This document shows positions 16,965 to 26,259 of a stretch of DNA of 64,000 bases, in pieces. Position 1 is the stretch's first letter, and each line of letters starts with the position of its first letter. Below the pieces are notes generated by a model. The model searched no databases. It was given only the letters and a program-made list of their open reading frames with translations, and was not told the DNA's origin. This DNA is from a virus, in IMG/VR virus record IMGVR_UViG_3300045988_183931, positions 6,965 through 70,964 of that record; one strand, 5' to 3'. The position numbers were made by a program, and so were the translations under genes.

Positions 16965-17606
16965 ATGGAGAATAACCAAAAAAACGCTGCGGAGGTCCAG
17001 ACCAGTGTTCCTGACCTGCTTCCGGCCAACTACCGCGAAAAGGCAGAAGCGTTGGGCTGGGTCATCGACGAGGACAAGGTCTGTGGTGTGTTCACGTTCA
17101 GACAGGGGTCGCCTGCCGGCGAGGACTACTCCTTCGACCTGTACGCCGACGATGATTTCGGCGATGGAGTAGCCGCTGCTGTGCGCCGCGTCTACGAGGA
17201 CTTCGACGTTGACGAGCACGTCGCTCTGTTTGCGGAGGCTTCCGTAAAGGGCACGTCAGGCGTTCCGAAACTGTCAGTGCTTGTCGAGGACGCCAAGGAA
17301 ATCAATGAGATGCTTCTCACACTCGCCGAAGCGTTTGAAGACATCGAATCTGGTGCATCAGAGCGGGAGCAGAAGGTGTATACCCGCTGCTGCCCCAACT
17401 GTGGTGGCGTATCTTTCTCTGGTCATCAGGTCCTCCGCATTGATGTGTTGGTTGACATCGAAACGGGAGATTTCCTCGGAAATATCAACGACGAAATCGA
17501 ATCTAACATCTACGAGTCGTCTGACCCCTACGGTCCATATCACTGCATGACCTGCGGATTTGAATGTGACAACCTTTCCGAGCTGGAAAAGAGCGAGGTG
17601 GAGTAA
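16965..17606 (+). CDS. Hypothetical acidic protein with a C-terminal zinc ribbon
   Basis: 213 aa from ATG 16965, with RBS GAAAGGAGAAAA. CPNCGG ... CMTCG pairs are present. The ORF-track extension from 16737 overlaps the upstream gene. Confidence 0.6.
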   Translation: MENNQKNAAEVQTSVPDLLPANYREKAEALGWVIDEDKVCGVFTFRQGSPAGEDYSFDLYADDDFGDGVAAAVRRVYEDFDVDEHVALFAEASVKGTSGVPKLSVLVEDAKEINEMLLTLAEAFEDIESGASEREQKVYTRCCPNCGGVSFSGHQVLRIDVLVDIETGDFLGNINDEIESNIYESSDPYGPYHCMTCGFECDNLSELEKSEVE

Positions 17607-17611
17607 CTCTA

Positions 17612-17773
17612 ATGTCGATTATTCTTTACTTCGCTCTGACCATTCTCGTGATGTGCGGCATATTCCTTGGCATAAGGAGACTGGACACACAGGACCTCTT
17701 GCCGCCAATCGTCTGCAGCGTTTCTGTGGGCGTTATTATGGTGGAACTGTTCGCACTTGTTCGGTGGTATTAA
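17612..17773 (+). CDS. Small membrane protein (53 aa)
   Basis: Not in the ORF track. MSIILYFALTILVMCGIFLGI...VSVGVIMVELFALV gives two hydrophobic helices. Confidence 0.4.
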   Translation: MSIILYFALTILVMCGIFLGIRRLDTQDLLPPIVCSVSVGVIMVELFALVRWY

Positions 17774-17793
17774 CGGAGAAGGACGTGTTCAAA

Positions 17794-17961
17794 ATGCTGA
17801 CGAACCCCTTGTTTATAGCCTATGTCGTTCTCATCATCGCCGCAATGGTCGTCTCAGTCATAGCCGCAAAAAAATCAGACCAGCCAGAAATGCTTCCGGC
17901 TGCCTTTGGTACTATTGCGCTCACCATTGTTTTGGTTATTGTGGCGGTCATAACCGGTTAA
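17794..17961 (+). CDS. Small membrane protein (55 aa)
   Basis: ATG 17794 after GGAGAAGG. Two predicted TM helices. Confidence 0.45.
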   Translation: MLTNPLFIAYVVLIIAAMVVSVIAAKKSDQPEMLPAAFGTIALTIVLVIVAVITG

Positions 17962-18026
17962 ATCAAAGCCAGCGGGAGAGGCACTCTGCCTCTCCCCTGC
18001 TTTCCCAAAAAAGAAAGGAGAAAAAT

Positions 18027-19064
18027 ATGAACAATGTATCTATCAAAGCCGCCGCAGCTTTCTGCGACGAGAACACGCTGGTTAAGGTCTCCCGCAACAA
18101 CCCTAAGCACGACAGATTCGAGACCACATTCGTTCCTTTCAAGGACATCCGCAAGAGCGATTCTGTGAGCGTCTTCAGCGACGGTCACGAACTGCACTTT
18201 TCCGTTCTCACAAATGCTTCTTTCGAGAAGGACGAGCGATACGGGAATGAGTGCGGCTGGTCTGTTAAGGTCACTGAGGATGCCGGCAAGACGGTATTGA
18301 TTCTCCATCCTGCAGATTTTGCGCCCTATATCATCAGCCTTTCCGTCACCGACGAAGGAGATTGGCGCGGCTGCCGGCTGCTTTTTGAGAGTGTCCTCAA
18401 CGATACTGAAGCTATCGTCAACAATATGCGGGCGAGATTCGAGCCGCGTGTGGCTCCGGAAAACACCTGCGGGCGGCATTCTGACACGGTTGCGGCCATG
18501 GCGAAGAGAGACCTTACCCGCGAGTGGACGGAGCAGTTCGGCTTCCGCCTCATTTCGGACAGCGTAAACTTCACCCAGTGCGGTGTGAAGGACATTCTCT
18601 CTGAGAAGTTCTTCAATTCCCCTGCCATGGAGCTGACGTTCTTCGCCTATTCCGACGGCGAGTATTCAGCGTCCCCCCTGTTCTTTGCCAAACTGCCCGA
18701 TTTGGGCGAACGGTACAACAAGCCTGAGGGACGTGCTGCAATCGCAGAACTGCTGCAGAAGCTGGATGAGATGTACGGCGACCTGCCTGAAGACACAACA
18801 AAATGGGCTCTGGAGTATCAGCTTTGGGCTCGTATGCTGCTGGCAGAAGGTGCGGTCATGCTGAATCCGAAGCACCTCGACCTCCCCGACTGCGCCTACG
18901 AATTCAAAACGCTGGCTTTCGGTAATAAAATGCTGAAAGACAGCGGTGACGGTATTGCGTGGGCAAAGGCTGTCAAAACACCTATCAGCGTAATCGCCGA
19001 GGCGTGGGAGAATGACATGAGTGAGTCCGGCGATGAGGCTTTTACCTGCATCGTAACTGGCTGA
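18027..19064 (+). CDS. Hypothetical protein, paralog 1 of a tandem pair
   Basis: 345 aa with RBS GAAAGGAGAAAA. The C-terminal half is about 60% identical to the next gene (e.g. SPLFFAKLP.LG, LEYQLWARMLL.EGAVMLNP.HL). Confidence 0.65.
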   Translation: MNNVSIKAAAAFCDENTLVKVSRNNPKHDRFETTFVPFKDIRKSDSVSVFSDGHELHFSVLTNASFEKDERYGNECGWSVKVTEDAGKTVLILHPADFAPYIISLSVTDEGDWRGCRLLFESVLNDTEAIVNNMRARFEPRVAPENTCGRHSDTVAAMAKRDLTREWTEQFGFRLISDSVNFTQCGVKDILSEKFFNSPAMELTFFAYSDGEYSASPLFFAKLPDLGERYNKPEGRAAIAELLQKLDEMYGDLPEDTTKWALEYQLWARMLLAEGAVMLNPKHLDLPDCAYEFKTLAFGNKMLKDSGDGIAWAKAVKTPISVIAEAWENDMSESGDEAFTCIVTG

Positions 19065-19081
19065 CGTTGAAAGGAGAAAAC

Positions 19082-20128
19082 ATGGATAATCTGATTTCGA
19101 ACAAGCGAAAGCTGCATTGCGACGAGAACGTATTGGTCCATATCGTGCGTTACTGCCGTGATACGGATGATGCAGATGGCGACGGCATTAGAGAGGTGGA
19201 AATGTATGTCCCCTTCAAGTATATCTGCAAGGGCGATGCCATTGATATTCCTGATAAGGACACCGACGATGCCTTCAGAACAACCGCCTATGCTGCGGAG
19301 GACGCTTCGTATAGCGAAGCTCGTGCGGGTGGTTGGTTTGTGCCGGTCGCCTGTACTGGGCAGAAAGAGTATGTTCTGAAGCCTGATGATTTCGCACCTT
19401 GGCTCGTGACCCTGAGTGTCGCTTTCACACACGGGTCGTCCTGCAAACTCTTTTTCGAGTGCGTGGAACGAAGCGAAGAGAAGCTGTGGGCAAACATTCA
19501 CAGAATCTTTGACGATGTGCCGACGCTGCGGCATGAGCTGGGTTTCGTTGCCCTCGTCCGACATATGGCACGGAAGTACCTCACACCTGATAGGACGGAG
19601 CCTCTTGGCTTCAGATTCCTTTCGGATGATGTTGTCTGGAGCAACTGTAAAGTGAAGGATATCCTTCCCGACCGGTTCTTCGCAGCAGCGGACATGGAGC
19701 TAACGTTTTACGCCTATGCGGAAGACGAGTATGCTGAGAGTCCCCTATTCTTCGCCAAGCTGCCGTATCTCGGTACGCATCACGGAACTCCCGCAGGCTG
19801 CGTGATTTGCGCCTCCATCCTGCGAAAGCTGGACGAGCTGTATGGCGACCTGCCGACAGAAACGTCCCGCTGGTCGCTTGAATACCAGCTCTGGGCCCGT
19901 ATGCTGCTGACGGAAGGCGCAGTCATGCTGAACCCGATGCATTTGGCACTCTATGAAGACGAGCATACCTTTAATTCGCTTGTCTTTTGCGATGATGCGC
20001 TGGAAGTCAGCGGTGATGCTATTGTATGGAAGAAGGCATCCGGCGCTCCCAGCAACAAGATTACTGAGGCATGGGAAAAAGAGACGGAAAAGTCTGGCTG
20101 CAATGACACATTTACTTGCGCCATTTAA
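19082..20128 (+). CDS. Hypothetical protein, paralog 2 of a tandem pair
   Basis: 348 aa from ATG 19082, with RBS GAAAGGAGAAAA. Confidence 0.65.
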   Translation: MDNLISNKRKLHCDENVLVHIVRYCRDTDDADGDGIREVEMYVPFKYICKGDAIDIPDKDTDDAFRTTAYAAEDASYSEARAGGWFVPVACTGQKEYVLKPDDFAPWLVTLSVAFTHGSSCKLFFECVERSEEKLWANIHRIFDDVPTLRHELGFVALVRHMARKYLTPDRTEPLGFRFLSDDVVWSNCKVKDILPDRFFAAADMELTFYAYAEDEYAESPLFFAKLPYLGTHHGTPAGCVICASILRKLDELYGDLPTETSRWSLEYQLWARMLLTEGAVMLNPMHLALYEDEHTFNSLVFCDDALEVSGDAIVWKKASGAPSNKITEAWEKETEKSGCNDTFTCAI

Positions 20129-20153
20129 GCCACGAAAGGAGGGACAAACGAAA

Positions 20154-20795
20154 ATGCTGGATACTTCCGACATTCGCCATTTTGTTATACCGAAGATAAG
20201 AGAGACCATTCTGTATATCAACCGCTATGAGAAAGCGGCTGAAGCCATTGCCGCAATCGTCGGGATGGGTGCGTCCTTACAGGTTCGTCCGAAGCTGTCT
20301 GACCTGCCGCAAGACGCGGCGGAACTGGTTCTGCGGAAGCGCGAACTGGCTGAGTTATACGGCTTCGTTGAACAGAACTACGCCCATCTCCTGATTTCCG
20401 GTATTCTGTTCCACAGCGACTGTGAGAGTAAGCAGAAATCCATCAAAGCGTACCACGAGTTGTACTTTGCGCTGTGCGAGTATATCGTCCATGTGTCACA
20501 TTGCACGGATATACTCTACAAGGCAAAAGGGCAGCATAATGACCCTTTGTGGATTTGGGATGATGATGGTACATTTACGACCGCTTGGACGGCTCAGTAC
20601 CATGATGATTTCGACAACACGCTCTCCGCAATGAGCCATCAGGAAGATGAACTGCTCCAGACCATTTCCAGAAGCGCCGCCGTACTGCGAGACGCCTTCG
20701 CAGCGTTTTCCTTGGATTATCGCAACGACGCTGATGGGTGCGGCCAAAGGGTTCTGAAGGAGTATCAGGAGCGCATGGTTAAAAGGGAATGCTAA
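20154..20795 (+). CDS. Hypothetical protein
   Basis: 213 aa from ATG 20154, with RBS GAAAGGAGGGA. Confidence 0.6.
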   Translation: MLDTSDIRHFVIPKIRETILYINRYEKAAEAIAAIVGMGASLQVRPKLSDLPQDAAELVLRKRELAELYGFVEQNYAHLLISGILFHSDCESKQKSIKAYHELYFALCEYIVHVSHCTDILYKAKGQHNDPLWIWDDDGTFTTAWTAQYHDDFDNTLSAMSHQEDELLQTISRSAAVLRDAFAAFSLDYRNDADGCGQRVLKEYQERMVKREC

Positions 20796-20824
20796 AAGCA
20801 AGATAAAAAAAACTAAATTTCAAA

Positions 20825-20852
20825 AGAAGCTCCTTCGGGAGCTTCTTTTTTT
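20825..20852 (+). terminator. Intrinsic terminator
   Basis: AGAAGCUCC-UUCG-GGAGCUUCU followed by UUUUUU. Confidence 0.8.
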
Positions 20853-20864
20853 ACGTTGCTGCTG

Positions 20865-21000
20865 TTGACAAAATAGCGAAACGTGGTAGTATAATAGTAT
20901 AATTACGAAGATATTTTTATAAGGAGTTTTATCTCCGTTTTTCAAGTCACATCATAAATTCAGACAATCACTTCCCTTTTCGGGCAGTGATTGTCTTTTT
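20865..21000 (+). promoter_or_regulatory. Repeated promoter-leader-terminator module, copy 4
   Basis: TTGACA at 20865-20870. Same core as the other copies. The 12-mer lies at 20898-20909. Terminator stem GACAAUCACU.CCC/GGG.AGUGAUUGUC at 20963-20995 plus UUUUU. Confidence 0.8.
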
Positions 21001-21068
21001 CTATATATACATTTTATTTTGGTTTCCCGTAAGTCCTTATCACAGGCTGGGAGAAAGGAGAAAACATC

Positions 21069-22934
21069 ATGGCAAACTGTGTACTCTTCCGAGGGAAGAA
21101 AGGGTTCGATATCAGCACCCTTCCGTACGGGCTGAACTCGCTTCCCAATAGAAACACAAGTACGGTGTCCAAATGGAGTGCTCCCAAGCGCCCCTCTGCA
21201 AAGGGGTATTCTACCCTTCACAACTATGCGACCAGAGCTCTTTTGGCGTATCTGGGAATTCCCAATTTTGTCGATGACTACGCTCTTTTGCAGGTTTCTG
21301 ATAACCTGTGGAGCGCGGAATATCGAGACGCCACGGAATCGAGGACGTATCTTTTCACCTACAAGACGGTCATTCAAACGAATGCGCCGGCAGTAGGTAA
21401 GCTGGCGGCTGCGTCAGCGGCACCTTCCGGACAGTGGGTGGGAACCCCGTCTATTGGCTCGGAGTCGGACACTCTCGACCTGAGCGGTGCTCTCCTTGCG
21501 ATGACCCCGTTCACCCTCGCAACGTATTACGGCGCACCTGAACTGGCTGTTGTCGCAAACAATGTGGAGCTCAAGCAGGTACAGACGGACATCCTTGACC
21601 TGAGTGCCAAGTACCCCGCCGACTGGGGCAACCATATGGATGAGATTCCTGATGCAAGAGACTTCCTCTACACATTCAGCGACATTCTCTACTACGGTTG
21701 TGAAGACGGAAAAATCCCTCTCAACATCCAGAACGGCAATCTGGATACCCTGACCCGGCAGAAGGTAAACAGTGGAGCCTTTAATGGCACCGTCATCGTT
21801 GGCTCCCCGACCATTATCGGTGGAACCATGGCCTCAAGCACCGGCTCGTCTGAAAAGAGCATGACCGTGAAGGATGCCAAACTCAGATATGCTGCATGGA
21901 CAAAAACACATACGTGGACGCAAGACGAAGAACTGCTGATTCCCACCTTTGACGACGACTTCAAGGTCCAGCCGGAGGTAATCGAAATCGCAGATAAAAT
22001 CGTCGCAACGTCTAATATGCGCGTTCCGTTCCGCAACTTCCTGTGGCGCGGCATTACCGGTTACGGCAAGTCTACCGGTACGAAGGTGTTGGCGTGCATC
22101 CTGCACACCCCCCGTTTGGAGCTGACCTGTCATACTGATATGTTGGCAAAGGACTTGATTTCCGAGTTCGTTCCCTGCAATCCTGTGGATGCGGCACGAG
22201 GAGAACTCCCCTCCTTTGAGGAAATTTCCTTCGACCCCGAATCCGCGTGGAACAACATGACAGGAGAAGATGGCACGGGCATTACCTCCGAGGAGTGCTT
22301 TGCAAAGTATTCCGAGCTGTTGGTTGCACGTGCCGGCTGCACTTCCCCCGTGAAAGTGGTTGAATCCGCTTTTGTGAAGGCTGTTTCTCGCGGATACATC
22401 TGCGAGATTCAGGAGGTCAGCCGAATCAAGGATTCCGGTGTTATGGTCGCGCTGAACCAGTACGATTTGCCGGGAGCTATGATTCCTCTGGTAGATGGTG
22501 GATTTACCTATCGGCAGAAGGACGCCGTTGTGGTATTCACAGATAACGTCGGATATGCTTCCTGCCGTCCCATTGACCAGTCGGTTCTCCGTCGCTGCCG
22601 CATGATTTTCGACAGTACGGAAATCGAGAAGAAAGCCATGCTGGAGCGCATCAAATACAACACCGGCTGGAGTCGCGATGACAGAACCCTGTACGCGCTC
22701 TACGATGTGTACGAGCAGATTCGCAGCTACTGTGCGGACAAGGAAATCACCGAGGGTTCTTGCACCATCTGTGAGCTCGAATCCCTCGTGTGCTGCGTGC
22801 AGTGTGATGACCGCTATCTGGCGAATCTTGAAAAGTATATTGACACGTGCCTCATCTCGAAATGCACGAACGACCCCGTTGAACAGAACGAAATTCGTTC
22901 CAACGCAGCACAAGTCATCAGCAAGGTGGCATAA
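21069..22934 (+). CDS. AAA+ ATPase (MoxR/CbbQ-like) with a long N-terminal extension
   Basis: 621 aa. Walker A GITGYGKSTG lies in the C-terminal half. A vWA partner follows two genes downstream. Confidence 0.6.
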   Translation: MANCVLFRGKKGFDISTLPYGLNSLPNRNTSTVSKWSAPKRPSAKGYSTLHNYATRALLAYLGIPNFVDDYALLQVSDNLWSAEYRDATESRTYLFTYKTVIQTNAPAVGKLAAASAAPSGQWVGTPSIGSESDTLDLSGALLAMTPFTLATYYGAPELAVVANNVELKQVQTDILDLSAKYPADWGNHMDEIPDARDFLYTFSDILYYGCEDGKIPLNIQNGNLDTLTRQKVNSGAFNGTVIVGSPTIIGGTMASSTGSSEKSMTVKDAKLRYAAWTKTHTWTQDEELLIPTFDDDFKVQPEVIEIADKIVATSNMRVPFRNFLWRGITGYGKSTGTKVLACILHTPRLELTCHTDMLAKDLISEFVPCNPVDAARGELPSFEEISFDPESAWNNMTGEDGTGITSEECFAKYSELLVARAGCTSPVKVVESAFVKAVSRGYICEIQEVSRIKDSGVMVALNQYDLPGAMIPLVDGGFTYRQKDAVVVFTDNVGYASCRPIDQSVLRRCRMIFDSTEIEKKAMLERIKYNTGWSRDDRTLYALYDVYEQIRSYCADKEITEGSCTICELESLVCCVQCDDRYLANLEKYIDTCLISKCTNDPVEQNEIRSNAAQVISKVA

Positions 22935-22949
22935 GGGTCCGAAAGGAGA

Positions 22950-22980
22950 AAAGAGGCATGGTGCCTCTTTTCTTTCTTTT
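22950..22980 (+). terminator. Intrinsic terminator (internal to unit 4)
   Basis: AGAGGCA-UGG-UGCCUCU followed by UUUCUUUCUUUU. Confidence 0.6.
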
Positions 22981-23010
22981 CGGATAAGAAAGAAAGGAGA
23001 AAAAAACACC

Positions 23011-23430
23011 ATGACTCAGAACTATAACAACATCAACTTTTTCAATCGTGAAAATTACAACGCGCTCTGCGCCAAGGTCGGCGAATGCGTCAAGAAGGGT
23101 ATTCCCAATGCAGATAAGCTGCTTGAGAGCCTTGAAGAGCGATGCTCTGCCTTCCTCGACTATGTGAACACAGTTGATATGGGTGAGACCCGCATCATCA
23201 TTGCTCACAACCGTCTTGAGGGCGAAGACCTCCGCGACGCATTGCAGACCATCGACAGGCTCCGTAAATGCTACCATGACGTTGCTTGCAATAGCTGCAA
23301 TGTCATTAACCGGATGGCGGCAGCAAACGGAATCAGTCCGATTTTTACCGGAGATTCCACCGACCGCCTGCAGGTGGCAGACTTCTGCCTTGAATTTACC
23401 GTTGAAATTTTCAAGAACCGGAAAAAGTAA
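23011..23430 (+). CDS. Hypothetical protein
   Basis: 139 aa from ATG 23011, with RBS GAAAGGAGAAAA. Confidence 0.6.
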   Translation: MTQNYNNINFFNRENYNALCAKVGECVKKGIPNADKLLESLEERCSAFLDYVNTVDMGETRIIIAHNRLEGEDLRDALQTIDRLRKCYHDVACNSCNVINRMAAANGISPIFTGDSTDRLQVADFCLEFTVEIFKNRKK

Positions 23431-23447
23431 GAAAGGAGAGTTGACGC

Positions 23448-25670
23448 ATGGACCAGAAATCTATCTGGAGGCAAATCCGCGTAGGCGCCAAGGAAATGAG
23501 CGAAAAACTCACAGATGCTGACATCTACACCAGTGAAGCGTTTCGGAGTCATGTGCAGGCAACGGTCGATTCGATGACGAAAGACCTTGACAAGCACATC
23601 TCCGTTTCTCTGATGCATAACCCCAAATCCGACATCACCGCCTGTACTGACGGGAATAGTCTTTGTCAGAATACGGCAAACAGTGTCATCACATGGTATA
23701 AGCTCCCCTCCTCCCGATTCGCAACGGTCATGGGTATTGTCTATCACGAGTTGGCCCACATCCGATTCCACGACTTTCGCGCCGATGCGCTGGCAGACAA
23801 GGAACTGGAAGAGAACGGCACACTCTATGGACGGATGCCTGAACCGGACGATGAGACAGAGCTGGATGAGATGAAGGAGGCGCTGAAGCATCCTGAATAC
23901 CGCAAGGTGTTCAAGTCGCTGCGAGACGAACTCGTCAACTGCATCATCGACGCACACGACGAGGAACGTATGAGCGACTACTACGGCGGCATTGTCGCTC
24001 GTGGTATTGAGATGGCAGCATCTTCCCTTCAGGGGCAGCTTCACACGCTGGAAGGCTATACGAACAACAAGAAGGAGCCGCTGTCTATTATGACAAGCCT
24101 CGTTCTCCAGTTCGCACGATTTGGTGAAATTCTCGTTGCGGATGAGCAGACGCTCTATACCAATGAGTACGCCAAAAAGCTGACAGACATCTCGCAGACC
24201 ATTGAGCTTGCCACCAACACGGATAACCCGAAGGAGCTGTATTCCCAAATCAATGTGATGCTTCTCTTTATGTGGCCTTACATTAAGGACGCGATTGAGA
24301 AGTGTGACAAGCAGCAGAGCTCTCAGGCAGGCCAAGGCCAGCAGGGGCAAGGTCAGCAGTCCGGCTCCGACCAGAACGGTCAGGGCGGGCAGCAAGGACA
24401 GCCCGCTTCCAGCGGTGGTCAAGGCAGTCAGAACCAGCAGGGCGGCGGAGGTATCTCCCAGCCCAGCGCCAATGCCATTCAGCAGGTGCTCCAGCAAATT
24501 GCTCAGGGCGCACAGAATGGAGGTGGTTCTCAGATGCCTCAGAACCAGAAGGCATCCAACGTAGCCAAGCAAGCTACCAAGGATGCCCAGTCTGCCGACA
24601 AGAAGAAGGGTAAGAAAAACGACAGCGGTAGTGGTTCCGGCGGGAATGATGCCAATAAGGGCAACATCCCCGCTGCTGTGGCCGGCAAGAGCGGCGATGG
24701 ACAGGATAAAAACGGAAAGCAGGAGCAAGCCGACAGTATGTTGGCGAATGTCCTGCAGACCATTATTTCCTCCGTTGCCGGAAACATGGCCGAAGCACAG
24801 ATGGAGCAGGATTTGAAGTCTCAAATCATCGCTGATGTTGACATCATGGACCGTAGCTCTACGCACAAGGGCCATAGCATCGACGTCAAACGCGAGGTTG
24901 AAGTAACACCTTCCAACATCAAGCTCTACGGTGAAATGATGGAGGATGTGTCGCAGTATTCCAAGCGTCTGGCAAAGTTGATGCAGCAGGAGTTGAAGGA
25001 CCTGCAGGACGGCGATGTCCGCAGAAACCGAATGTACGGTAGAGATATCGTTGCAAGCGAAATGTGGCGTCCGGATTGCCGGTTCTTCAGCGACACAAAG
25101 TTGCCGCAGGACCTGCCCGATATGGCAGTTTCCGTGCTGGTTGACCAGTCTGGCTCGATGTACGGACAGCGCATGGGCGCCGCTATGAAGGCTACCATGC
25201 TCCTGCATGACTTTGCAGAGCGTGTTCATGTTCCTGTCGCTGTGTACGGTCACAATGTGACCATGCATGGTAGGGTCAACCTGTTCGTCTACACAGACTT
25301 CCTGAAGGCCGGTAAGCGTGACAAGTACCGTCTTGCCAAGCTCTCCACTGGCGGCTGTAACCGTGACGGTGCAGCACTGGAGGTCGTTGCGAACCTGCTG
25401 AATGCGAGACCTGAGCGCACGAAGCTCCTCATTATCATTTCGGATGGTAAGCCGAATGATGATTCCTATGGTGGAGATTCTGCGGCGAAGGACATCAAAG
25501 ACATCGTAGCCCGCAATCGCCGGCGCGGTGTTGAGATTGTCGCAGCAGCTATTGGCGACGACAAAGAGTACCTCAAGAAGATTTACGGCGACCAGTTCCT
25601 TGACATTACTGACCTGTCCACCTTCCCCAAGGCAATGGTCAAAATCGTCAAGAAGCGGTTGAAGGTCTAA
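23448..25670 (+). CDS. vWA-domain protein with an N-terminal HExxH metallopeptidase-like region and a Gln/Gly-rich linker
   Basis: 740 aa. HELAH motif, a low-complexity QGQGQQGQ..GGQQ stretch, a MIDAS-like DQSGS, and IIISDGKPND. Confidence 0.7.
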   Translation: MDQKSIWRQIRVGAKEMSEKLTDADIYTSEAFRSHVQATVDSMTKDLDKHISVSLMHNPKSDITACTDGNSLCQNTANSVITWYKLPSSRFATVMGIVYHELAHIRFHDFRADALADKELEENGTLYGRMPEPDDETELDEMKEALKHPEYRKVFKSLRDELVNCIIDAHDEERMSDYYGGIVARGIEMAASSLQGQLHTLEGYTNNKKEPLSIMTSLVLQFARFGEILVADEQTLYTNEYAKKLTDISQTIELATNTDNPKELYSQINVMLLFMWPYIKDAIEKCDKQQSSQAGQGQQGQGQQSGSDQNGQGGQQGQPASSGGQGSQNQQGGGGISQPSANAIQQVLQQIAQGAQNGGGSQMPQNQKASNVAKQATKDAQSADKKKGKKNDSGSGSGGNDANKGNIPAAVAGKSGDGQDKNGKQEQADSMLANVLQTIISSVAGNMAEAQMEQDLKSQIIADVDIMDRSSTHKGHSIDVKREVEVTPSNIKLYGEMMEDVSQYSKRLAKLMQQELKDLQDGDVRRNRMYGRDIVASEMWRPDCRFFSDTKLPQDLPDMAVSVLVDQSGSMYGQRMGAAMKATMLLHDFAERVHVPVAVYGHNVTMHGRVNLFVYTDFLKAGKRDKYRLAKLSTGGCNRDGAALEVVANLLNARPERTKLLIIISDGKPNDDSYGGDSAAKDIKDIVARNRRRGVEIVAAAIGDDKEYLKKIYGDQFLDITDLSTFPKAMVKIVKKRLKV

Positions 25671-25680
25671 CAACAATTAA

Positions 25681-25709
25681 AGAGCCACCTTTCGGGGTGG
25701 CTCTCTTTG
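25681..25709 (+). terminator. Probable intrinsic terminator
   Basis: AGAGCCACC-loop-GGUGGCUCU with a weak U-tract. Confidence 0.45.
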
Positions 25710-25724
25710 AAAGGAGATAATGCT

Positions 25725-25961
25725 ATGGATTTAGGTTACATTGCTCCCTGCCCCGTGTGTGGTGGCAAAATCAAGCTGTATTCCCACTGTGGCAAGCCCG
25801 ATTGTAAGGCTGTATGTCAGAGTTGCAAAAAGGGGTTTCCGTTCCACGCAAACCTGAAGACCTATGCCGGCACAAAAATCTATGCCAGCAGTATCAGGAA
25901 GAGTGTGCGGATGTGGAATAACACGGTTTCCAAGGAAGTCATTGCCGATGAGACCCTTTGA
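25725..25961 (+). CDS. Small zinc-ribbon protein, possibly Lar-family (restriction alleviation) like
   Basis: 78 aa from ATG 25725, with RBS GAAAGGAGA. CPVCGG...C...C and a distal MWNN motif are reminiscent of Lar-family proteins. The similarity is weak. Confidence 0.35.
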   Translation: MDLGYIAPCPVCGGKIKLYSHCGKPDCKAVCQSCKKGFPFHANLKTYAGTKIYASSIRKSVRMWNNTVSKEVIADETL

Positions 25962-26049
25962 TTCTGTTTGCTGCAGAAAGGAGTTGAGTTTCTGCATATA
26001 AGAATATATAATGATATGCAAAAAGAACCCGTAGAAAGGAGAAAACATA

Positions 26050-26259
26050 ATGACTGCAAAGCTGAAAAGCGATGCGCTGAGAGTTATCAAGAAGCTCCGC
26101 TGCTACGGCACGGACGCTGAAGACAACCTCGGCTGCGGCGATAAGCGGTGCAAGTACCGTGATGTGGACGGTGCCTGTAACATCAACGACATTGAAGCGG
26201 ATGCTGCCGATGTGATAGAAAAATTATTGAAGGAGATTGAGAAGTATGAACATCACTGA
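26050..26259 (+). CDS. Hypothetical small protein
   Basis: 69 aa with RBS GAAAGGAGAAAA. Confidence 0.55.
   Translation: MTAKLKSDALRVIKKLRCYGTDAEDNLGCGDKRCKYRDVDGACNINDIEADAADVIEKLLKEIEKYEHH

Noticed and set aside
22938-22967. Tiny ORF (MVPLFFLFG) with an apparent RBS inside the 22950-22980 terminator
   Set aside because: At nine codons it is formed entirely by the terminator hairpin and U-tract, so it is most likely fortuitous.
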